DNA of 64,000 bases from Raillietiella orientalis (Eukaryota): positions 496,001 through 560,000 of the forward strand of contig JAYWIR010000062.1 in assembly GCA_036172245.1 (NCBI GenBank), in the 5' to 3' direction. The notes below the pieces were generated by a model. That model searched no databases and was not told where the DNA came from. It saw nothing but the letters and a program-made list of their open reading frames with translations. Positions 13,458 to 26,835 of this stretch are shown here, one piece after another (within the stretch, counting starts at the first letter, position 1; each line of letters starts with the position of its first letter). The translations under genes and the position numbers were made by a program.

Positions 13458-16402
13458 ATGAGGGTAAAAGTCTATAATTTAAAAAATACCCAGATAGAGA
13501 AAAAAGATGTTGTTAGGTGTATTATATGGGTGTCATCAAAAGATTTATATGCACTATCGTATGTACTTATTTATCTAATGTGTGCAAGTCTGTGTCAGAG
13601 ATGGCCAGAAAATTCACCACTGGAATGTGCTTGATAATACCACTGAAGATGTGATGGATTTGCCAGCAGATATTTATCCGACAGATATGGATATTATACA
13701 GACTGTAAAAGCAGAAATTAAAACCCCAAAGAGTACAATGCTAATTTTTGGATCAACAAATGGTAGCCAGTTGATGCACGTTTTCTTGTATGCAAGTGGC
13801 TTTTTTTGTGCAGGTCAATTTCATTTTTTGAGTTTAACGGGACGGCTAGAAAAATCAGTTCCTGCTCATAATGGTGCAGTGACATGTGTCAGATATAGTG
13901 AAGAAGGTGCTAGTGTGCTAACAGGTTTATTACATGATACATACATTACACAACTGTTGGCATATTTTTGGAATGTGGTAATAAATACATTGCATTCTGT
14001 TATTTAAGCTGGTGAAGATGGTCAGGTCAAAGTGTGGTCTAGAAATGGTATGTTGAGAAGTGTGTTGGCTCGTGTACTACAACCAGTATATTCTGCAAAC
14101 TGGTCTCCACAAGCAGATTGGATTATTCATACATCTGCAAAAAGTTTAATGATCAAACCATTAGCATCAAATCGGAAATCTTATCAGGTATGCATGATTA
14201 AGTGAGTTCACACCATCTGCACTTTTCTTCACCTATTGCTTCCAACACAGCTCTTCACAGCTCTTGGAACAGGAATGCTGCCATCACACTTTTATAAGTG
14301 TGAAGCACACTGTAGCTTTGAGCACCATGTCTGATGCTGCATGTAGGTTATTGTTATGCATTGCATTAATCCTCACTGGAGTTTTGTGTTGCAGTGGGTA
14401 GCACATGATGCACTTGTTTTGAAAGTTTGCTGGAATTCAGGAAACAATCTGATTGCAAGTAGTGCAGAAGATGGCACTTACAAGATCTGGTGCCACCATG
14501 GTCAGCTTTTATATGCTAGCTCTTCCCAACAGTATCCTGTTACTTCTTTGGCCTGGGATCCCAGTGGAGACTTTCTTGCTGTTGGATCTTTCAATACTTT
14601 GCGTCTTTGCAATAAAATGGGGGTAATAGAAGAAAGATGATGCTCACATAGAACTTGTTTGAATACAGTGGACATACTCCTTGGAAAAGAAAAGTACAGG
14701 CAGTTTGATAGCACTAAGTTGGTCACCAGACAGCTGTCATATAGCTGCCACTTGTGGCACAGGAGATGTTTTGTGTGGAGACATAGTAGCTAGGTATTCA
14801 GTCTTTAATGTCCTTGTTGCAAGTTTTTCTGCAGAAGAATGGAGTGGATGCATTGGGAAATTACACAAACAACTCTTAATAGCATACAAGTGAAAAATGT
14901 ATTAAATGACTCAAATGAACTTTTGGAGTTTGAAGAAGTTATTCTTAGAATGGCTTTTGGCTGCACTCATTTCCTTGTGGCTACTCAGCGTTACTGTCAC
15001 ATTTATAGCTTACAAAATTGGAACACTCCTGTTTTGTTGGAATTGCGAAATCCCCAGCTGGTTTTATTGCAGGCTAGCACTAGGTGACATTTATTGGAAG
15101 TAAATGTTTGCAGAATGTTATTGGATTGCATATAGAACATTTGTTCTGGTGGACGTTTTGGGTCCACAAGTGTATTCGTACACTGGAGATCTACTGGCAA
15201 CTCCCAAGTGGACCAATGTGCAACCTGATATGCTCCATAGTGCTTTGGTTTCCTTGAGTTTGGATACCTTAGTTGTTCGAAGCTTTAAAGACATTGAAAG
15301 TAAGTTATGGATGTCAGTATTTTAATGTTTCTTTTAGAAGTCTTGATAAATGGAACAGACAGCTTGCAATCAGAGAAAGGAGCAACTATTCTGCAGCATG
15401 TATCAGCTGTATGGCAGCTTGCTCTTAATCAGGATGGCAAGCAACCAAATAGAAAGCTTGCTCTCATTGATGATAATTGGGAGTTGTATGTGTATGCTGT
15501 ATGGCCACCAGCCCTGCTGTTTCGATTAGCATCCATGGTTCATTCACTAGCTTGGAATACTACTATCAGTTTATTGGTTGCCCTACAGACAGATCACATG
15601 CTTGCATGGCTTTTAACTTCTTTACCGAAGAATGTTCAGCTAGTGCATTCTAGACCAAGCCAGTAAATTTGATGATTTGTTAAACAATTACAGTGGTAAT
15701 TTTCAGAAAACTGGGATCTCATGCTTCCATTGAAGGAGTTTGGGAGACCCAGGTTTCAGTGAGACAATCAAGTGGGGCCCTTTTTCATATTTTTCTACCA
15801 CCATATGCACCCTTGCTGCAGAAGTATATTGTTGCAGGCAGTTGGGAAGAAGCAGTACGCCTGTGTCACATAGCTGAGGTTAGGTCTGTTTTAAGGAATC
15901 AAATAAAATAGTAGGTGCAGGATGAGAGTTTGTGGGCATACCTGCAGCAGTTAGCTATATACAATGAGCAGTTAAGTATTGCAATTATAACCTGTACTGC
16001 TCTTCGAGATGCTCCGCGATTGCACTACTTGCAGCAGTTACAGGTTAGTTTGTCTGTTGATATTTTTTACAAGCATTAAAAAATTTCAGGCATTAAAAGA
16101 TGAACCAAAAAAGAAAGCCGAGATTCTTTTGTTGTGTGGTAGGGTGGATGAAGCTGAAGTGATTTTACTGCAGGCGGGATATATTCGAGAAGCCATAATA
16201 GTAAACTTGGACTGTCATCGATGGAATCGGTTTGTTGAAAGTAGTAAGGTCATTATGCTTTTGAAAACTCCATAGTGCCTTGCATCTTGCGAAGTCTCAC
16301 AGCGATCGAGATGTGGTATTGAGTCGACGGCGCCAGTACTTGGAGCGCCTCAACAAACAAGAGGACATTCAAGAATTTTTGAAGTATTCCAATCACGATT
16401 AA
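13458..16402 (+). CDS. IFT80: Intraflagellar transport protein 80 (WD40 + TPR), ~13 exons
   Basis: Starts MRVKVYNLK...VRCIIWVSSKDLYALS; contains GRLEKSVPAHNGAV, AGEDGQVKVWSRNGMLRS, WVAHDALVLKVCWN, LAVGSFNTLRLC and WNTPVLLEL; ends RRQYLERLNKQED...HD*. Introns are GT-AG, mostly 38-52 nt. Confidence 0.96.
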
Positions 16403-17503
16403 TGATGATTCATGCGTCATGTAATCATTTGGAGAGGTAGATCATTTGCCAGGTCGATCCACGGGTAGATCACACGTGCATCGTGCTGTGGATGCGCATT
16501 TTTCGGTTGTGGTGATTCCATCATAAATGAAATGTGTGGATGAATGTCGTTCTGCAGTATTGCTCTACAGTGGCTTCTCGCATCTGCGAAGTTAGCCTCA
16601 TGTGATCCATGCTTAGGAAAATAAGAGACCAAGCTAATACAAAACCATTTTTAACGAAACGGAAAATTTGCAGATGTGGAAGTTCTTTTCCATGCTAAAG
16701 AACTTGGGAACTAAGAGGTTGCCCTGCCGGATAGCCGAAACAATTGAATGATGATGTCTCAGTATACTGGACCGAGTGTATGTTCTGCACTTCAAATATG
16801 TAATCGTTAGCTTGGAACGCGTTAAACAGACTGTTTCAAATGCTCTCCCAGAGAACTGTAGCGCTCGTTAAACATTCCCAAAGTGGCGTACTTTATTTTC
16901 ACTCGTAGTGATCCACGTTAGTCAGCGAGCAGTCTGGCAATGTCTTTCAAAGTCAATGCAGACATAAAGCAAAGCGTCCTTCTCGCAGGCTCGGGGTAGC
17001 TATCCTTTGTGAAGGAAAACTGCGAGTGAGGACTTGGAGGGAATGGCCGTTTAGTTTCTGGTCGCCTTAAGGCATGCAATTGTGTTGCTTCACCTGCTCT
17101 TTTTCAAGGATACTCTCGAAAGGGATAGCATTTCAGAAAGAAAATACTAGGATGCTACTAAGTTAGGCTTTACGGAGGTGCCGGCCGCAATTCTCGAAGA
17201 TGGCGGTAGCCTCCAAGAAGTCGTGAAGCATCTAGGTCACAAGACAGGAGGAACGACGCCTGTGCCTATAACTGCAACAAAACCACATCGGAGACACGCA
17301 TTCAAGATCTCTAGGGCACTCGGAGTAAATGTGAAAAGAATTATTCGTTTCCTCAAGCTCTTTTCATCAAAGAGGAATGTATCCATCATCATTGAAACGT
17401 TTGACGTATTGCGCTTATTGATCAAGGACATCGGTTTTAGATTTTCCTCTGTTCTCCTAGGTGCAAGGGAGACACGAAATCTTCAGAAAGATTCGGTTTC
17501 GCG

Positions 17504-18124
17504 AACACGTTCATTCTGTTGATGGGAATGCTTTCTGTAATTTGCCGGGGGACTCGCAGGAGATTTGCGTGATCCTATTCGAAGGAGCAGGTCGGGAGCT
17601 GACCTATACGGAAGAATGCTGTTATTGAAACTTTGAGAATGATCGTAATAAGGATTCTGTTTCCTGTAGCCCAAGTGTTCGATAGCAGCGAAAGTGTTCG
17701 CAGCGTTTTCCTTCTTTTGTCTTTCACGGCGGTGAGTTCTGGAAACGCTCCCGGCAAGGGGCTGTTTTTTTTTTTTTTTTTTGTCAGCATTTGCAACTTA
17801 ACTGAATGCTGGTTCGCACTCACTTCGATGTTCTTCCATATCTCCATAACCGTGGAGGGTGTTGACATTGACAATCCCGGTTTAATGGATCTTGTCGATT
17901 CACCACGGTGTTGGTGAAAAGTGCCGAAAGTTGCAAATGCTGACAAAAAAAAAAAAAAAAAAACAGCCAACAATCCTTATTACGATCATTCTCAAAGTTT
18001 CAATAACAGCATTCTTCCGTATATATCAGCTCCCGACCTGCTCCTTCGAATAGGATCACGCAAATCTCCTGCGAGTCCCCCGGCAAATTACAGAAAGCAT
18101 TCCCATCAACAGAATGAACGTGTT
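17504..18124. repeat. Nested inverted repeat / long hairpin
   Basis: Outer arms 17504-17656 and 17972-18124 (153 bp, 2 mismatches). Inner arms 17760-17799 and 17928-17968 (T18 against A19). Loop 128 nt; ~100-nt bulge on one side. Confidence 0.97.
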
Positions 18125-19216
18125 TTCCAAGTTATCGCATTACGAATCTTTCTCCTAGATCGAAACTTTCTCCTAGATGCACATCCATCAGGGTGGGTTT
18201 TTTCTTCTTATTTACAAGTTCTTATAGTATTACAATAAGCTACTTCAAGCACATTACGCTCAATTCCCACATACACTGTTTTGCTTTCCACTTATTTTCA
18301 TTTAAACCGCGCGTGGTGTTTGGAATTCCTGCTTTTCCAGAGTGGATGTTGCGTCGGTTCCGTTGAGCAGATGCTGCCACATCCTTCACCAGTAATCTCT
18401 CTCGATGAATACTTCTGCTGTGTCCTATGCCATTGCCTATTTTTCTTTTAAGATGCTTCTTATGAGTACAACTGTGATGACAAAGACTAGGTACGTCCCT
18501 ACTAGTGAATAGTACTTGGAACCAGAAATCGCCTTCAAGCCGTCCTACCAAGATATCTTCTCAGCACCTTCCTGGAGAATGCATCCTTTTTATATTCAGC
18601 CTCTAATAAAAGAACCCTACCACCTTTCTGAACGGCAGAGTTTTCACATTCATGAGTATCACAATGCAGGAGGTGTTCAAAGTTCCATCGGGAAGTACGG
18701 AAAGATACAGCCGTACTGCATGCTCCCGTTTACCATCCTCTTTCTAGTCAGAAAGGAAATCCCGTTTTCGATCATGGGAGGTAAATGCCGCATTCGGTGA
18801 TCTACGTCTCTCAATTTCTACATAAGACCGGAAACACCTGATTATGAGAACACCTGTCTATTTTATGAAATTACTGCATTCGAATCCACCAAACAAGTGG
18901 CGGTTGTAGACGCCAATGTCTTCTTCAGAATACGTAAGTCAATCGTTTTCGTTTGGCTGCGAAATAAAGCGACGAAACTTTGACGGGAACGAGCAAAAGC
19001 AAAGAAAGAACGATTTACGAGAAGCACCTTCCGTTCGTATGGGGGAAAGCCATGGGACACAGAGGCCTATCGTATGATAGCAACGATGTAGCCAACCGAC
19101 GGCAGGTCGTGTAGGGCAGTGCCCCAGGGCGTGCTCTTTCTCGAGCCTACGCATGTACCACTGCGTGCCTCCCTCCCCGCAGAGGTCTTTTCTCCCATCG
19201 CTTTTCCTCTAAACGA

Positions 19217-19280
19217 ACGAACGTTCCTTTGGCTGATCAGGGGTGGAGGGCACGGCAAAGCTCCTCCCGCAGATTCTGCA
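19217..19280 (-). pseudogene. Degenerate C2H2 zinc-finger fragment
   Basis: CRICGRSFAVPST[+1 frameshift]LISQRNVR keeps exact C-x2-C-x3-F-x5-L-x2-H-x3-H spacing, with both His replaced (Q, R), and is followed by ...GEK. Confidence 0.5.
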
Positions 19281-19486
19281 GCTGGAGCCGGTGGCACCCC
19301 CTCTGGCCGAGAGAGCATCGTCTGTTCGGTCGGTGCGGAGGAGTCGCGCGTGGTCGTCGCCGCCCCTTAGGCCTTCTCCCCGCCTGCACGAACCAAGTGG
19401 TCCTGCGTGGACAGCAAAGCTTCGTCTTCTCCTTCGTGGCCCTCCACCATCAAAGCAGGGGGAAACACCCGCAACGGACTGTGAGG

Positions 19487-22400
19487 ATGCCACCGAAAAA
19501 GCCATCCCAGCCCACCAGCAGCTGTGCCAAAGCAGCAGCTAGTGGGGGAGGTACAGCCGTGCAGGTTTGTGCCTCGAGTTTTACACGAACTGGTCGTATG
19601 CAGATTGAATACGGAACGACATTCCAGCATGTACGGTACACGAAGGGGCGACGCAAGCCTCGCAATTTCGTACTCGTGTTCGAACGCTTCCCTGGATTTT
19701 GTCCTTTCACAACGCGTTGTTTTGCTCACCATTCCGAGGTTTCGAGCAGTTTTTTCCGATTGCAGGCATATCGAAGCGATTCACTTTATCACAAAAGTTT
19801 TCCGGACATCACACGAAACAACGCTCCGTTGGCCAGGTTGCTTGGATTGAATTTGTGCCTTGGTGAGTTCTGCTTGCAGTGTTAACCGGCCAAACTGGTT
19901 TCAAGGGAAAGATATCTTGTATTGACCGAGTCCCCAATGCGTTGGAGGTGTGAACACTCCCCGTGACACGTCTTGTGAAATCACAGCCATAGCTCATTGA
20001 ATTTCTGCAAAAGTGATCCAAGTCGAGTGTACCTCATCGTGTTGAGAACACTCATGCTTAGGTATGTGTATGGCTTAGGTTTTCCATCACTTTGAAGTTG
20101 CTGTAATCAATACTGAACTGTAGTATTTCTCTTTGTAAAAGTGAAGCCATCACCAGCAGTATTTTTCACTCTGCCAAAGAATTTCGCTGTTTCCAAAATG
20201 ATATCCCCATTCTCTTCAGATTGCAGGATTCAGTATTCACATTTCTTTTGTTTCTGATCGGTGTTTTCATAATTAGCTTTTCATTGCCTGTAGCTACTAT
20301 CAAAGGAATGCACTGACATCAGAAGAAAACGTATGCATCTTCTTGCAAAAGTAACTTGGAGCATTTATATCGTTAAAAAGAGTGTGCTAAAACGATTTCT
20401 TGCTTACTGACTCTTTTCGTATTCTTGTGTTTGTGAATACAAGACTACTGATGTACTTCTGTATTCGCAAGCATAAGAGTCGCAGACATCCCCAGTTATA
20501 AAAGTAACTTGGAGTGCAGTTTCTTGTGGGTGTATAGAATTGCCACACATGTTCTTAACATGTGTTTGTTGGTGGCACCGTACAGTAAGTCCATGGCTGA
20601 AATATTCTTTCATTCTTGTGCTTTTGCATTTGATTTTCGAAAAGGTGTTTGGGATCATTTGTCATCACACTAATGGAGGAGGCAACAAGTTCCCGTTGTT
20701 ACCATAAATGGTTGTTCAAATGTAACCCTTAATTTTTGCTGCTTTAACAAGGTTGTAAGCTATGTACAATCATCATTCTGTATTACATGCACACAGTTTT
20801 TGTTTTTGCACCATTTTCGTGTATTCACAGATAATTTGCAGCAGCTTATCCCATTCTCTACATCTTAGTGTTTCTTTGGAAATAGCACAAGTGCTGCTTT
20901 CGAAAATTATCGAATTGTAAGTGCAGTATCGAAATTTTCATTGTGGAAAAGAATGTGAAGATTCAAGTGGTCACATAATTGCAATTCCATGTTTGGGAAT
21001 CACGATACTTGAAATGAATCATAATTTGCAATCATTCCAATTTTGTTTTCTCGCAGTTTTGCAGGTTGCCTTATCTTCCAGAAGCAACCTTTGCCTTGGT
21101 AGTTCTTTGGCAGTTTGTGTTTTCAGTTGACTTATCTATGCTCCCGGAATAGCTGTACTGTATGAATGCTATCAAAGCAACATGCACTCCACAGGTCTAC
21201 TTCACTTTGTCAGTTAGTGCAATTCATTGTGTTGTTCTTTTCATTATGCTTGATGTCTTCATCCTAGTGGTCCTCAGCAAGTACAAATTAAACATCAGAT
21301 TGTTGTTTTGAAAGTATAAGCAGTAATCACTAGAATGAGTTTGCTTTTGTTTGATGACATGGAAACTGTAAATCTTTCATCAGAATTTCAGAATTTGATT
21401 TTTTGAAAGCCTTGCTGTCGGAATTCGCAATTCGGTCACTGATTATCCGTTCGTTTTATTGAAATTCTTTCAATTCAGTGTAACTGTCTGGCTACAAACA
21501 CACACAAACAAGAAACAAAAATATGTGTGGACATGAAAACCTGATTTTTACAACATAGTTTATGTTTAACAGCGTGCAAAGGTTTCTCAAGCATTCAGAA
21601 AGTAATTGATTCAGTGAATGTAGGCATGTTTATTTGGAATGAATAAAATTCACCTACGTTGTCTTGGGTATTTCTTCCTGAAAGTGATTTCCACAAGTCT
21701 GATTTACGTGTTGAGATGTGTAAGTTATGCAGTGAAAAGAAGGGAGAAAAAAAACAACAACAATAACATAGAAAAGCAATCGAAACTTGTGGGGGCTGGT
21801 GTAATTTTGTTCCCTACGTGAAGAATTCTGAATCTTTGCTGTCTTGATTTCTCCATAGTCAGCAATACTTTTCATGCATTCCTCTTGCAAAAAGAAACAG
21901 AAGAGAAGGAGCTGCTAATCTGTGGGAGGGTAAACACATTTATGTTTTGCATTGTGAATTCTTTGGTCATGTGCTTGTGAATGTTTTGTAAGTGTCAAAA
22001 TAGTCATTCAGACTTTTCTTTCAACAGCAAAGAGTTTGGTGTAAAATGAAATGGGGAAAGTGCAAGTGTTCAAATGGAGAGGTTTATGGAATGATTGATT
22101 GAAAAGTGATTTTCAGAATGAATGGATTGTATTGAAATGTTGAAACTTTTGAAGACAAAGTGGCCATCTCCATTGGGAAAACAATTTGTATTAATTTGTA
22201 AGAGAGGCTATTTCTTTTAAAACATGCATGTTTACTAGGTTAGACACATCTTGTGTGAAAAGCAGTCCAAAATATTGGAAGCCAGGGAAAAGTTAAGAAA
22301 TGGAGGAAAATTCCATGAAGTTGCTTCTCAGTACAGTGAGGATAAAGCAAGATACGGGGTAATGCCTTTCGGAATGCTTTAAAAAGAAATTTGGTCATTA

Positions 22401-25047
22401 CCTGAACCTTCTGATTAATGCATGAATCTTTTCATCGTTGCGACATCCATTTCCTTTGCTTTTTACATCAGTTGAACGTATTTTTTGTTTGTTTCTTCAC
22501 ATGATGGAATATTTATGTTCGATCAGCAGTTTATTGGTTCCAGACTGTTGGGTTTGCATATTAGATAGCATCAACTATACAATATGAAGAAATGTACTGA
22601 AATGATTGCATACGCAGTTCTTGCATTAAATAGTTGTAGTCACAATTTTTCGAATGTTTCCGTTTTGAACTGCATTTCGAATTTACAAAATTCATGAAAT
22701 AGAAATCAAAGGAGATGCAAACTTAATAAATTTTGTAGCATTTAACAAACTAGTCGTTTCAATGATTAGTTGATGTACTTTCTATTTGCGAACAGTAGCA
22801 ATCAAGGGCTTTGACATATTTGGACAGCTGCAACGTGTTCCTTTTTCTTGTGGGTTGGTTCCCCCATGATTTGACTTTTCGAGTCTGCTGGAAGGATGGA
22901 TCAGTACATTTATGTTTGCATATAAGTTTGGCTTATCAATTCTGTAGAACATGAGGAATCATTTCTTGGTAATGCATCCTTTATCATAAGTGGTGAAATC
23001 GAGGTAGCATAAAGAGAAACAGATTTCAGAAAAGAACCTTTCAGCAAGAGTGGTCAAGGAAGCAGTTTTTTTCCTTCCAAACTTGGAAGGAATCTCATAT
23101 AGCGAAAAGAAACCAAAGTTTCTTTCAATTGAAGAACTTAGTTGGCAGGACTGTGAAGTCTGTCTTTTTTTCGAAAGTCTTTATCGTGTAGTTTTAGTGC
23201 ACACAATAGTAGATTGAAGTTTTTAGTTAGTGCAAAATGCTTTTCATTTGGGTCCCCATGATTAAGGAAAGTGCTCAGCCCTGAAAGAAACAAAATTGGC
23301 GGAAGCAATCGGAATGATGAAAGTAGGAAACGGTGAGCATGTCTTCCCTGAATAGACATCAGTTTTTGTTTTTTAAGTGGTGAGTTTCCTGGATCTGAGG
23401 TTTGCATAAGCAAACGGTTTGAATATAGGTAAATGGCCAAATCGTGGCATGAAAGTGAAATGTGTCGTTCAAGCAGTGTCAAGCTTTGAATTCCTACACG
23501 ATCAATTTTGCATTTGGAGGTACACGGGAATCCAACGAGGGACTGCTCCTGTCTAGAATGCAGAAAATTGTAACTGTTTGGCAATTTTCCTCACAAACTA
23601 CCAGAGAGGTGTATTCCCCAGATAAAGGAATGGCGCATATTCTAAAGGATAGGTGTCATTTCCTGTTGTGTCCTCACATCCCCCTTTTTCCTATTGTGTT
23701 TCCCCTCCTTGGCCTGTTTGCATCACCTCCCCTTGCAACTCTTCTATGCTGCTGCAGTTTTGCAGAAGCAACATCGATCGATTCGTTACATGAATCTTTC
23801 AACACTTACTGGAACATACAGAAATCATACAATGATTTTATTCAAATGTGAAGAAGTGCGCTGTAGGAGTGAAGAGTATCTAACAGTGAATCACGGGAGC
23901 GTGGAGAAGCGGAGATGGAAACAGTAGGAAGACCCAAAAATGTGAGGACCGTGAGCATGCGAGATAGGGAAAGCCAAACTGAAAGAAACCACCACGTTAT
24001 CGTCAAAAGTGTTGTTTTGTTCCAACTGTGCATGAGCCATACTCCTGATGTAATTCTTACTGCTGAAGAAGACTTTCAATGGTAAGAACAAAAACTGCTT
24101 CAAGAAGTGTGCGTAGTTATTTGTGAATATGTTTGGATTTTAGGTTGGCAAAAAGCGCTTGAGGTTTGAACGCCACAGTGAAGGTAATATAACAATAAGT
24201 AGGCAGTGTTTCTCAGTCGTTCAGACCAATATCCGGCTACTCTCCCAAAAATTGCGGCAGTCAGCCTGGTGCAATATAGAATACTTTTGTTTGAGAGTGG
24301 CCAGTGCTTTTGTGGATGTGCGTCCATGGAGTGGCATGGATGAAAAAGCTTGCAAGAAAAATTAGAGCGTGCAAGGAAACGCAAAGAACAAACAGAAGTC
24401 AAGAGTGAAAACAGGATATTTCTGGACTGAGGATGCAAAGTTGCACAGAGAACATTGCAAGTGTTTCCATTCTTCTCAGCATAGCTGGGTGTGTAGCTGT
24501 GCTCTGCATAAGCATTTATAGATATTGTCAGTGTCCTTCCAAGGTATCTTTACTCCTTTCAAAAAGTTTTCTCCTTCGGAATCATGTAGAAGGGATTTCT
24601 CTAATTCCTGGCTGCCAGTACTTGCCAAGGCATAATAAAATATTCATAGAACTGCATTGACTGCTTCTTGGTGCATTCTGTACTTTTGCCTTTGTTTCAG
24701 TTTGGGGGTGTATTGCGTTAAGTTTTCGCTTTTTTTTATTTTTTCCAATTTGCATGTGTTGAAACAACTGGGTGTTCCGAGGTGGAAGAAAGGGATCAAA
24801 GTTTCTGCTTCCTTTCGCGATTTGTTTATTCTTCAGTCTGGCTCCCATCTCAAGATGATCAGTCAGTGGAGTCATGTTCCTGTTCTAGGGCTCATTAGGT
24901 TGGATGAACAGAGGCTCCATGGTTGGCCCATTTCAAAGTGCTGCCTTTGCCCTACCAGTGTCAACTGTTGACAAGCCTATATACACTGATCCTCCTGTAA
25001 GAACGATATTTGGGTATCACATTATTATGGTGGAAGCAAAAAGATGA
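19487..25047 (+). CDS. PIN4: Parvulin-type peptidyl-prolyl isomerase PIN4, 3 exons
   Basis: Exons 19487-19564 (MPPKK...GGGTAVQ), 22239-22358 ([15 protein letters not shown]...YSEDKARYG) and 24889-25047 ([20 protein letters not shown]...[19 protein letters not shown]), all phase 0. Confidence 0.97.
20300..21410 (-). pseudogene. Decayed endogenous viral element: bunyavirus-like L RdRp core, inside PIN4 intron 1
   Basis: Degenerate motifs in order: pre-A FKK..EILMKD (~21400), A DKVK* (21211-21197, TAG for TGG), [19 protein letters not shown] (~20990), C IQNDDC (20777-20769, SDD>NDD), [12 protein letters not shown] (~20620). Confidence 0.5.
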
Positions 25048-25202
25048 TAGTGATTTTATGATTTTTGCTTTGTTTCATTTAACGTGTTGTTTCCGAATTT
25101 ATTTCAGATTACTTGTAAGAAATACAAATGCGAATTCCATGCAGTATGATTTCTATTGAATGTACTCGTTTTAAACTGCAGAAATAATTTTGTGCAGTTA
25201 CA

Positions 25203-26835
25203 ATGCAGGATGTTGTGAAACATTGTGCATCAAATTCGAAAGATGTGTCAGATGAAATCCCTGAGAGCAGCAGTTCCCCAATGCAGTCGTGGACAAGTAC
25301 AGCCTCTGGTGATGGCTTTGGAGAACTTTATTATGGGCCCGCCCTTCCTCCCGGTTTTGCCCAGCATTCCGAGCAAACTAAAAGAACTGCTCCTGTGATT
25401 GGACCTACTCTTCCTCCTGATTTCTCCCCATTCAGCCTGGCTGAACAAGCAGATTCTGAAGAATTTATTGGGCCAATGCCATCCAGTGAAGCAGAATCTG
25501 ATAATCAGGAGGTTTATGAATATATGAGACAGTTGAAACGAATTATGATGCTGGTATAGTTTCTCTCTTTTCTGTTTGTAAACTTAAATCCATATCTTGA
25601 AAACTTTTTGCTATGCTATTTCACGTGAGGCAGCAATTTCAGTATGTGTGTATGTCTCCAGGAAGAGAAGCAATCTAAACGTGAGGAGTGGATGTTGGAA
25701 TTACCGGAAGAAAAGTTAAATAAATTTGGTCTGGGGGCAAGAAGTTTCCAAAGAAGGCCGTCGGAAAAGGGAGATTCATCTTTGTGGACAGCTGTGCCTG
25801 GACAAAAAAAGAAAGGCCCATCGGTGATTTGTTTAAACATTTCAATTTACGCTTGTTTGTGAATGATTTTTGAAATTCTTTCTATGAGAAAATGTGTGAA
25901 TGGTGTCAAGTGCAAAGCATTCTTTAGTTATTTTGTAGTCTTAAAGAGTGATTTTGTTTTACTTGTGTCGCTGTTGCGTGTGCCCTAAGAGTTAGGGAAA
26001 TGCGATTGAAATCGTTGAAGAATCCTTGAAGAGAGGCGCGCTTACTTGTATTTTGTAGGGGAATTTTTATCCCTTTGAGTTGAATGCTTTATTCGGAATC
26101 AAATTTCCCACCAGAATTGTGAATTTGTTGGTTTTCCCCAATGAAATGCGGCCTCGTGATTCGTGAATGTTTTGCCCCATTTAAATTCGAAAGGTGCTCG
26201 TGGGTGAAATGATTCACTTGAAATATCCTTTGGAAAGAATTGCATGTAGGTGCCTCCACGTGAACACTGTTTCACCCAAACAAGTTTTTTTACCCACGTT
26301 TATGCATGGGGATATCATTTTCGAGGTAAACTCTTTTCTGTACCCACGCATTGGGAAAGGATGGATTCTTAGATGGGATTGTGGCATTCATTAATTCGAT
26401 GTGAAGGTTACAGACATCACGTGAAGTGTTGTGCGGAGAGTTTGTGATGATTTTCCTCTGGAGGTTTCGCTCTTGACCAAATTGTTGTTCCCTTTCAGCA
26501 GGCAACTTCAGATGTGTTTGAAGAAAAAAGAAGGAAAGCATATGATGATTCCATGAGAAGTCAAGCGGACAAACTAAAAAATAAAGACAGTGAAAGCCTT
26601 CTGCAAAAGCACAGAAAGTCTCGGGTTCAAGAAAGCAAAAATGTTGTAAAAATTGAAATATCAGTTGAAACTGTGTTCCTATTTGTTCCAGGACGGACCA
26701 GCTGCAAGAGTTCCATTTAATAGAGATACAGATCTACAAGTAAACTTTCTCAGTAAAGAGCACAAAGAAAAGATCATTAAGAAAGCAAGTAATTTAGATA
26801 GTCGATTTTCAGCTGGGAAGGAACAGTTTCTGTGA
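25203..26835 (+). CDS. GPALPP1: GPALPP motif-containing protein 1 (DUF3752), ~4 exons
   Basis: YGPALPPG, IGPTLPP, IGPMP, REEWMLELPE, ESLLQKH, RVPFNRDTDL and SRFSAGKEQFL*. Confidence 0.93.

Noticed and set aside
16417..16632. LQNDIHPHISFMME resembling Penelope RT (LNSIHPxIxFTME), or NFADARSHC resembling a C-type lectin
   Set aside because: Single short motifs with no YVDD or other supporting context.
23915..24080. SHTPDVIL as a bunyavirus L endonuclease PD motif
   Set aside because: His-to-PD spacing is too short, and adjacent sequence fits NS1 helicase better.
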